IMG/VR virus record: IMGVR_UViG_3300035698_016797
Location: 32,001 to 96,000 of that record
DNA: 64,000 nucleotides
Reading direction: 5' to 3' (one strand)
From: a virus
A model generated the notes under the pieces. The model searched no databases. It was not told the DNA's origin and saw only the letters and a list, made by a program, of their open reading frames with translations. Positions 17,751 through 24,849 of this stretch are shown in pieces. The position numbers were made by a program, and so were the translations under genes. Numbering within the stretch: the stretch's first letter is position 1; every line of letters starts with the position of its first letter.

Positions 17751-18822
17751 ATCAGTGACAATTAGTGAAGAGGGAGCACTTAGACCAACAACTCTCGAAT
17801 CTTTTGTTGGGCAAGAGAGCATTCTCGAACAAATACAAGTGTCATTGATTTCAGCACTTCGAAGAAAGGCTCCATTTCCACACCTATTGCTTGCAGGTCC
17901 ACCTGGACTTGGCAAGACAACGTTGGCAGAAATTGTGGCTCGTGAACGCGGAGTTCCATTTATTTCTGCGATGGCATCATCAATATCATCAGACGAAGAG
18001 TTAGACGCCATTTTTGGCAAGCTTCCAATTGATGGATACGACGTCCGAACTGGAAAGGTGGTAGACGAGGATTCTGTAATACAGGCAGTAGTGTTCGTTG
18101 ACGAAGTTCACAGACTCAAGAGATCTGTAACAGAAACTCTGCACACCGCACTAGAAGACTTTAGAGTTACTCTTAAAAAGAAAAATCCAGTAACCGGACA
18201 AAACAATGCGGAACTTTACTGGCTTCCTCGCTTCACATTTATTGGCGCAACAAACTATCTTGGTACGTTACCAAGACCTTTCGTAGACAGATTCCCTCTA
18301 CAGTTCATTTTCGAAACATACTCCGATGAAGATTTATCATCTGTGATCTCTTTTTCAAGCAAACAACTAGGTTTTAACATTGATTCAGACAGTATCGCTG
18401 TTATTGCAAATAAAAGTAGAGGAACTCCACGAATTGCAAACAGGTTCTTGCTACTTTGCAGAGATGTTGCGATTGCGATGCTCGACGGAAGTGTAGAGTT
18501 TGACAACAGCATTACAATACAACACGTTGAAGAAATGCTTCGCATTCAAGAGATTGATGATCTTGGATTGTCAAGATTAGACAGGAGAGTTCTTCAATAT
18601 CTTGCGACCATGAAACGTCCTGTTGGACTGAAGTCGGTAGCTCAGGGCGTTGACGAAGATGTCAAAACAATTGAATTCTTTGTTGAACCATGGCTTGTGA
18701 AACAGAAGTTGATAGCCAAAACCAGCCGTGGTCGCATCGTTACAACACTTGGTCAAAGACATATTGGAGATCAAGTAGAAGATTTGGATACGTTTGGACT
18801 CAGAAGATTAGTACAATCATAA
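17743..18822 (+). CDS. ruvB: Holliday junction branch migration helicase RuvB
   Basis: LRP.TL..FVGQ, GPPGLGKTT, DEVHRL, FTFIGATN, RGTPRIANR, DDLGL..LDRR. Confidence 0.93.
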   Translation: MTESVTISEEGALRPTTLESFVGQESILEQIQVSLISALRRKAPFPHLLLAGPPGLGKTTLAEIVARERGVPFISAMASSISSDEELDAIFGKLPIDGYDVRTGKVVDEDSVIQAVVFVDEVHRLKRSVTETLHTALEDFRVTLKKKNPVTGQNNAELYWLPRFTFIGATNYLGTLPRPFVDRFPLQFIFETYSDEDLSSVISFSSKQLGFNIDSDSIAVIANKSRGTPRIANRFLLLCRDVAIAMLDGSVEFDNSITIQHVEEMLRIQEIDDLGLSRLDRRVLQYLATMKRPVGLKSVAQGVDEDVKTIEFFVEPWLVKQKLIAKTSRGRIVTTLGQRHIGDQVEDLDTFGLRRLVQS

Positions 18823-18838
18823 ACAGGAGACTGGAAAA

Positions 18839-19267
18839 ATGACAAGTGAAGAAGCGACTGTGCTTATTGATTCTGTCAAAGTGATGACAGGAGTTATGAT
18901 AGAAGCACTGGAAGAAATCAAACAAATCAAAACTCGTATGGAATTCCAGACTGCACTACAGTCTACAATTGCATCCTCATTAAGAGATGAAAATACAACC
19001 GTAGCCGAATTTCTCGCCGACATCAGTGCCAGCTCAGGTCTGACAGCCGAATGTGAAACAGAAATGCGAGATTTTTTCGCAATCTCAGATCCAGAGACTG
19101 CTTTTTCAGGACCAATAGGAACGGATGAAACTCCTCCAGAGAGAGAGGTTGACGAAGAAGTTGAAGTACGTCATTATGGAGATTTGGAAGATCTGACCCA
19201 ATCCATGGACTCAGACGGTCTTCCTGTAGATCCAAAAGAACTCGAAGATGCAGCAGGTATTTACTAA
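18839..19267 (+). CDS. highly acidic hypothetical protein
   Basis: 142 aa, GGAG RBS, D/E-rich C-terminal half. Confidence 0.65.
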   Translation: MTSEEATVLIDSVKVMTGVMIEALEEIKQIKTRMEFQTALQSTIASSLRDENTTVAEFLADISASSGLTAECETEMRDFFAISDPETAFSGPIGTDETPPEREVDEEVEVRHYGDLEDLTQSMDSDGLPVDPKELEDAAGIY

Positions 19268-19274
19268 TTTTTAA

Positions 19275-19523
19275 TTGATCAATTGGCTTGATTCATCAAG
19301 TGTCACGTTAGTTTTCTAGTTCCATGTGCCGGTTGTTTGCAGGATTCGTAAACAGAATGGCTTTGGTTAGATTACTTGAGTGGTATATTGTGAATCGTTT
19401 GTGATGTATCATCACAATGTGACAATGTGCAAGAGTATATTTTATGTTGACTCACTCTGGCGGCCTGGTAACTTATTGTATAACTTACCAGGCAGCCTAA
19501 GATGGTCAAAAAGAATTGATCAA
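19275..19523 (+). ncRNA. retron-like ncRNA candidate C
   Basis: 10-bp IR ttgatcaatt|GG ... AAG|aattgatcaa; ttgtGATG-tat-CATCacaa 19399-19417; long stem gcctggtaa/ttaccaggc within 19447-19510. Confidence 0.65.
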
Positions 19524-19550
19524 CAAGTTTATATTTAGAAGAGGAATAAA

Positions 19551-19895
19551 ATGGACATAATCATAAACTATGTACCAAACGGAATTTGCATTGACGAATT
19601 CAACTTTGAACAGGAGTATGAAAAGTCAATACGTAGGTATGCACGCGCAGTTAAGGATGGGGTTCGAACTCACACCTATAGAATAAGAACGTGTCTTGGA
19701 ATCGAAATGATAAGACTCCTTATTTTTCGTAAAGAATTTCCAGCTGAAGACGTTCAAGTAATCTGGAATAATAACCTAATTACGTTTGACGATACTGCGA
19801 GAACTGATTGGTGGCCAAACGGATTTTGTGACAGAAAAGACAGAATTCTCGAAGAATTTCTAGGATGGAACAAACCATTAGTAACGGAGGAATGA
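19551..19895 (+). CDS. hypothetical protein
   Basis: 114 aa, GAGGA RBS. Confidence 0.6.
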   Translation: MDIIINYVPNGICIDEFNFEQEYEKSIRRYARAVKDGVRTHTYRIRTCLGIEMIRLLIFRKEFPAEDVQVIWNNNLITFDDTARTDWWPNGFCDRKDRILEEFLGWNKPLVTEE

Positions 19896-19898
19896 AGG

Positions 19899-20204
19899 AT
19901 GAGCAAGGGTAAGAATAGCAAACAGGCAAACGCGAAACGTGAACGTCAAAAAAGACGCAGAGACGAAAAACGTAATCGCACCAAAGCAGAGCGCAAAGCA
20001 CGCAGAGCAGACATTAAACGAACCTCAAAGGTTGGAGTAAGACGCAACACCTCGAAAGAAGAAGATACCGAGCAATTGCACGCAATCGTTAAAGAAACGC
20101 TGAATCAAGCCGTAGGACATAAGCCTTCGGTAAATGCCGCTCAACTTTTTGACCAACATATGGCACTACAACAGTCAAAAACTGCGGAAGGAAGAGGAAG
20201 ATGA
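19899..20204 (+). CDS. basic (Arg/Lys-rich) hypothetical protein
   Basis: 101 aa, strongly basic N-terminal half. Confidence 0.6.
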   Translation: MSKGKNSKQANAKRERQKRRRDEKRNRTKAERKARRADIKRTSKVGVRRNTSKEEDTEQLHAIVKETLNQAVGHKPSVNAAQLFDQHMALQQSKTAEGRGR

Positions 20205-21274
20205 GTTCAGTTATAGCACCAGTGGCAACAATCGACAAAATCGAGCCACACCCAAACGCCGACAGACTCAAGCTTGCAACCGTACTAGGTTGGCAGACCG
20301 TCATTCCAATTGACAGTTCATGGAAAGAGGGAGACATCTGCGTCTTCGTTCCTCCAGACTGTCTACTTCCATCCAAGTGGGCAGAGCACTGGGGAGTGAC
20401 AAAATTCTTGGCCAAGAACAACAGAGTACGACGTATCAACCTTAGAGGAGAAGCGTCTTACGGATTTATCCAGCAGATTCCAGACGACATGTCTGTTACC
20501 ATTGGAGACAATCTCTCTGACGAGCTTGGTCTTGGCAAGTACTACCCTCCTCCTCCGAAGTGTAATGGTGGACCGAATCAAGGCAAGGGTGTGAGAACAC
20601 ATCCGTTGGTGCAGAAATACACCAACATCGAGTCCATCAGAAACTTCCCGTTCATTCTGGAGGTTGGAGAAGAGGTGGTAATCACAGAGAAAATTCACGG
20701 CTCCAATGTTAAAATTGGTCTCGTCAATGGTGAAGAGGTTGCATCCTCCATGAAGGTTCAAAGGGCAAAACCTGAGCACGAGGGTGAGTCTCCCGACGAA
20801 CTTGTCAAGGCCAATCGCTACTGGGGACCATGGTTTGCCCCTGGAATCAAGGATCTCATCTACTCCATTTACGAATCCTGCAAACAACCGGCACAGATTC
20901 TCTTGTATGGAGAGGTGTACGGATCTGGCATTCAGAAGGGATTCATGTATGGCCTAGACCAAGACAAGCAAGGGTTCCTGTCATTCGACATTTTGGTACA
21001 AGGACACTACCTTGGCTGGGAAGAGTTCCACGAACTGTGCACAACCTTCGGGGTTGGTACTCCAACCATCCTTTACAGAGGTCCGTTCATAGACCTTGCC
21101 CACATCAAAACCATTTGCGATGGCAACACATCTCTTGGTGGAGATCATGTGAGAGAGGGTGGAGTAATCAGACCCGTTGTGGAACGTCGCGCAGAAAAGG
21201 GTAACAGAGTTTGCTTCAAGTACAGAACCGACAGGTATCTTACTGGTAAGTTTGCAGACTCTCAAGACATATAG
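20201..21274 (+). CDS. ATP-dependent RNA ligase, DRB0094/Rnl5-like
   Basis: N-terminal OB-like IEPHPNADRL..ATV.GWQ; motif I TEKIHGSN; YGEVYG, FDI, REG.VI, FKY. Confidence 0.88.
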   Translation: MSSVIAPVATIDKIEPHPNADRLKLATVLGWQTVIPIDSSWKEGDICVFVPPDCLLPSKWAEHWGVTKFLAKNNRVRRINLRGEASYGFIQQIPDDMSVTIGDNLSDELGLGKYYPPPPKCNGGPNQGKGVRTHPLVQKYTNIESIRNFPFILEVGEEVVITEKIHGSNVKIGLVNGEEVASSMKVQRAKPEHEGESPDELVKANRYWGPWFAPGIKDLIYSIYESCKQPAQILLYGEVYGSGIQKGFMYGLDQDKQGFLSFDILVQGHYLGWEEFHELCTTFGVGTPTILYRGPFIDLAHIKTICDGNTSLGGDHVREGGVIRPVVERRAEKGNRVCFKYRTDRYLTGKFADSQDI

Positions 21275-21284
21275 GGTAAACACT

Positions 21285-21485
21285 ATGGCAAAAGCAGACG
21301 TTGAAAACATAGAGTTGTGTGAGTCTGGCTGTTGTGACGGATGGTCCTCTATGCTCAAAGAGGTGAATGGGGAGTGTCCAGAGTGTGAAACGCCAACAGT
21401 CGATGGAGAAGCTGCATATGGATGCAACTGGTCTCCATTTACCTGTACAACCTGTGGGTATAGAGGATGTGATGATTCTTGTTGA
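21285..21485 (+). CDS. small Cys-rich protein
   Basis: 66 aa, CPEC, CTTC and further Cys. Confidence 0.55.
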   Translation: MAKADVENIELCESGCCDGWSSMLKEVNGECPECETPTVDGEAAYGCNWSPFTCTTCGYRGCDDSC

Positions 21486-21543
21486 GCCGAATGATGACTG
21501 TAAAATTCTCAAACGAGACTACTCTTAAATATAAAGGAACACT

Positions 21544-22104
21544 ATGAAAGAAATACTTGTCGTAGATATAGAAACCACAGGATTCCTGAAACAAGGTGGA
21601 CTGATTGTCGAAATTGGAATTGTCAGTCTTGATCTGGACACAGGTGGAATTTCCGTACTGTTTGACTCCGTCGTTAAGGAAGGTGGATTTGGCCGTCAAC
21701 ACGCACAATCACCATTCGGATGGATCTTCCAAAATTCAAACTTAACATATGAAGACGTTGTAGCCTCAGAAAACCTCAAATGTCATATGTATCAACTTCA
21801 GACGATCTTTGACAATCATCCACTCGGTGCAACGGCATTCAATAAACAGTTTGACTTCGGGTTCTTGAAAGCACGGGGGTTGCACTTCAGAGAGCTTCCG
21901 TGCATTATGCTTGAAGCCTGTCCTGTTGTTAACCTTCCTCCAAATCGTGGTCGTTCAACACCTAAATGGCCTAAGGTAGAAGAGGCGTGGGAATATCTCT
22001 TTCCAAACAATGATTATGTTGAACAACATCGTGCCATTGATGATGTTGAACATGAGGCGATGATTCTTCACGAACTTTACATGCTTGGAAGGTATACGAT
22101 ATGA
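21544..22104 (+). CDS. DEDDh 3'-5' exonuclease (DnaQ-like)
   Basis: VDIETTG, AFN..FD..FL, HRAIDD. Confidence 0.88.
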   Translation: MKEILVVDIETTGFLKQGGLIVEIGIVSLDLDTGGISVLFDSVVKEGGFGRQHAQSPFGWIFQNSNLTYEDVVASENLKCHMYQLQTIFDNHPLGATAFNKQFDFGFLKARGLHFRELPCIMLEACPVVNLPPNRGRSTPKWPKVEEAWEYLFPNNDYVEQHRAIDDVEHEAMILHELYMLGRYTI

Positions 22105-22361
22105 CCATTGACACAAAAGCAAATGTTGGAGATGAAATCTTTGTCATTTTTGACAACGATATACAGAAGTGTAAAATTTTAGATATCAAAATCATTACTG
22201 CTGAAACCTATACCGTTGAGAAGTATTCAGTAATGGTGGAGACAGGTAGTCGTGGAGAGCGAAAATCCTTAACTGTACAAGATACAGACTTAGTCTTCAA
22301 GGTAGAAGGATTGATAAAGCATCCACACTGGTCACGAATTGCCAGAGCTAAGGCTAAATGA
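22101..22361 (+). CDS. small phage protein, paralog of 22682..22966
   Basis: K.N(V/I)(G/D)DE.F...N.I.K..ILDIK shared between the two. Confidence 0.6.
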   Translation: MTIDTKANVGDEIFVIFDNDIQKCKILDIKIITAETYTVEKYSVMVETGSRGERKSLTVQDTDLVFKVEGLIKHPHWSRIARAKAK

Positions 22362-22370
22362 GGTGACTCC

Positions 22371-22667
22371 ATGTCTATGAATCTTAATGTCACATTTGAT
22401 GGCCTGCCTGGAAGCCTAAGACAAACCTCAAGCCAAATCTCATACATGTGTATTGTTCAACCAGACGGTGCTATTCCCGGTATTCTCACTGGTAAAAAGG
22501 CAAAACATGCTCTTGAAATTTACTTACAGTGGATAAGATACTCTCTTAATGGAGTGTGGGAATCAGAAGAGGAATTACGAAGTGCTAACGCAGGCGTAAA
22601 AGAACACATTGAAAGCGTTAGGGGGATGATTCATTCATCCAAGAAAATTGAAGTATGGGTAATGTAA
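22371..22667 (+). CDS. hypothetical protein
   Basis: 98 aa, GAGGT RBS. Confidence 0.55.
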   Translation: MSMNLNVTFDGLPGSLRQTSSQISYMCIVQPDGAIPGILTGKKAKHALEIYLQWIRYSLNGVWESEEELRSANAGVKEHIESVRGMIHSSKKIEVWVM

Positions 22668-22681
22668 AATGAGGTGTTACA

Positions 22682-22966
22682 ATGCACTTTAGCTCAAAAT
22701 ACAACATTGATGATGAAGTCTTCCTTGTCCATCAAAACAGAATCATTAAAGGAAGTATTTTAGACATCAAAGTTGCCGTCAACAGAAAAAGAGGGCTTCC
22801 AACAAGTGCCCCTCCTGCTGCTAAGAGAATCTGTCTCATCTCTTACAATATTACATTCAAACTTCCTGGATCAAGAAAAGTCCACACAATGTGGCTAGAA
22901 GAAGAAGATGTTGTTTTCTACGTAGAAGGTTTGTTTTTCCACAAACGTTGGGGAAGTTCTAAATAA
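22682..22966 (+). CDS. small phage protein, paralog of 22101..22361
   Basis: shared N-terminal motif, GAGGT RBS. Confidence 0.6.
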   Translation: MHFSSKYNIDDEVFLVHQNRIIKGSILDIKVAVNRKRGLPTSAPPAAKRICLISYNITFKLPGSRKVHTMWLEEEDVVFYVEGLFFHKRWGSSK

Positions 22967-22994
22967 CTTTCTAATGGAGTGAACGAAGAGTCTA

Positions 22995-23130
22995 CGCTGA
23001 GAGAAGTGTGATGTGCCCTCTTGAAAGGGTATGGTAAAACTTCGCTACGGACGGAGGAATATCTCTTCGGAAGAACATCCTTGGTGGGATGCATACCACT
23101 AAGGAACCGAGTGAAAGTCTCGGCCACCTA
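22995..23130 (+). ncRNA. structured non-coding RNA candidate
   Basis: stacked hairpins incl. c(UUCG)g tetraloop 23065-23070, ccttggtgg/ccactaagg, ccgag-tgaaagt-ctcgg. Confidence 0.45.
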
Positions 23131-23137
23131 TTTTGAT

Positions 23138-23211
23138 GTACAGCGTTAGCTCATGATGGCGAGAGCGTCCTGTAATTGGGTATGGCGGAGGTTCGAGTCC
23201 TCTCCTGTACA
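23138..23211 (+). tRNA. tRNA-like pseudogene (intact D and T arms, shortened anticodon arm, no CCA)
   Basis: GTACAG/CTGTAC acceptor, TA-GCTC-loop-GAGC D arm, GGAGG-TTCGAGT-CCTCT T arm; only 20 nt between D and T stems. Confidence 0.6.
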
Positions 23212-23505
23212 TCTTTATGTTGTCCAAAAGTCCCACTGCTCATGGTGGAGTAAAGGGAACGTGCTTGGTCTTACTAGCTGTGGGACGCCTGTTTATAGGT
23301 AGCGGAAGCTAGGAGGCTGTTTCTCCGGTCTGTTTTGGCAGGTGCAGTCGTCAGATACGTTTGCACTGAGGTGTACTTTAATGTGAAAAATGGGTCACAT
23401 TAATGCCCAACCTGCCCCCTACATTTTTTTTCCAATCCAAACAAGAAAGGTATATCATGACAACCAGAGTATGGAATATGCGGTAATGCTTGGGGATACG
23501 AACCC

Positions 23506-23715
23506 TTGACTACAGCAAATGTGCACGAAATAACATGCAGGTCGTGTAAAAAGAATATGGGTTCATACTTAGAGAAGGAGCGCAAGCGAGAAGAGCGTGT
23601 ACTGCGTAACCTACAAAGACAAATACGCAAAATAGCCGCTACTATTCTCGAACTTGAGAATGAAAAGCGGGCCGTGAGCAAAAAGATCAGCGACATGTTA
23701 AACAAAATTCAATAA
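23506..23715 (+). CDS. hypothetical coiled-coil protein, start uncertain
   Basis: frame is open from 23461; RBS-linked ATG at 23457 is out of frame by 1 nt. Confidence 0.45.
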   Translation: MTTANVHEITCRSCKKNMGSYLEKERKREERVLRNLQRQIRKIAATILELENEKRAVSKKISDMLNKIQ

Positions 23716-23731
23716 AGTCAGGAGAAGTATT

Positions 23732-23932
23732 ATGGGACTGAAAGAATTTAGAGATCCAAACGGCGAAGCACGTCGTCCAGAGTGGAATCGTCCAAACAAA
23801 AAAGCAGCAGCAAATCTCAAGAGACGCGTAAAGGGACACAACTCCGTCATTGGTGGTGTACCCTCCAACGTTGTATCTTCTCATACCGGCAACTGTCCCG
23901 GAAGCATGAAAATTCCCGGACGCGGAGCATAA
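23732..23932 (+). CDS. small basic protein
   Basis: 66 aa, AGGAG RBS. Confidence 0.55.
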   Translation: MGLKEFRDPNGEARRPEWNRPNKKAAANLKRRVKGHNSVIGGVPSNVVSSHTGNCPGSMKIPGRGA

Positions 23933-23947
23933 TCAGACAGACCTGAC

Positions 23948-24381
23948 AATTTCTCATTGGCTTGGTCCTCGGACAGCTTGATGAATCATCAAGCCGCTAA
24001 CATATTGAGGTCTCAATTCTCATCAAAGCGAGAATTGATTCCATGAAATATACTTTATTATACTAATTCCGCATTTGAATTCACAGGATGATAACTACTG
24101 AGAACCTGGAATCCGGCGTACATCTCATCTGTTAATGAGATGCTGTGCCGCCACAAGGCGGCACTCTGCCGGACACCTGGACTCAGAGTTCTAATCACAC
24201 CAGGTTCCTCCTCGAAGACTTACTGGGAAACCCAGTAAGAGCCAGCAGTTCCCTGGGGGACGCCCAGGGAAAGGCAGGCTGGACCAGGCTACACCTGGTC
24301 TGGGAATATCTTCGAGCCACCTGGTTCTGCAAATTCACAGGCTCATTAGTATATTAATGATATATTTCAAGAATGGGAATT
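23948..24381 (+). ncRNA. retron-like ncRNA candidate D (multi-arm, CCWGG-rich)
   Basis: arms aatttctcatt|GG ... AAG|aatgggaatt; gcttGATG-aat-CATCaagc 23976-23994; many perfect stems 24101-24328. Confidence 0.65.
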
Positions 24382-24382
24382 C

Positions 24383-24636
24383 TATGATTCATTGGATTGC
24401 ATACTAGTTGCATGTGTGATGTTTCATCACACTTTAACATTAACATAGAAAATAAGTATCCTTTCTCAGCAAAGAACCCACAGGGTTTTTGCTGCGAGGA
24501 TGCTTATGGCTCCTGGATGGTACTGAATTAAAATGAATTGGCAATTGATTTTAATACAGCACAATCACGCGCTGCACTTTCTGCTGCTCTACGCTCAGCA
24601 GAGTTCAGCTCTCAGGAACCTTAAGAATGAATCGTA
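24383..24636 (+). ncRNA. retron-like ncRNA candidate E
   Basis: 11-bp arms tatgattcatt|GG ... AAG|aatgaatcgta; gtgtGATG-ttt-CATCacac 24414-24432; stems 24452-24507 and 24511-24617. Confidence 0.7.
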
Positions 24637-24740
24637 TTTTAGGAGTATCGTCTAACGAAATAGGATACTGTGGTAGCAATACCCAGAGATGCAGGACTAT
24701 CCCTGTTACTCCAACTTTAGAGTTTGTTGATTTTAGCTCC

Positions 24741-24768
24741 TTGAACCCATGACAAAGTGTGGTATATT
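24741..24768 (+). promoter_or_regulatory. sigma70-like promoter upstream of nrdJ
   Basis: TTGAAC-N16-TATATT with TGn extended -10. Confidence 0.45.
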
Positions 24769-24849
24769 CTAGTACTATATAGGAGTCCCGGCCAAAAATG
24801 CTGTCGGGTAGAATTTCTTATCCAGTACAAAGACTCAAGGAGATTTATA

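Noticed and set aside
19382-19441. Nested mini-element inside C (tatatt|G ... aag|agtata)
   Set aside because: Pairing is AT-rich with several G.U pairs and could be chance; not counted as a separate unit.
22975-23130. tmRNA or RNase P RNA
   Set aside because: GGAGGAATATC only loosely resembles the RNase P GAGGAAAGUCC. No matching P4 3' strand, tmRNA acceptor pairing or tag ORF, and too short.
24145-24357. 70-aa ORF inside element D, and similar short ORFs at 16655..16864 (-) and 16846..17127 (-)
   Set aside because: GTG/weak starts, no RBS, and they overlap dense perfect stems or better-supported + strand features; likely spurious.
24640-24849. Cobalamin riboswitch or NrdR box before nrdJ
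   Set aside because: No B12-box consensus recognised; ctatatag is too short for an NrdR box. The upstream structures fit the retron-like family instead.
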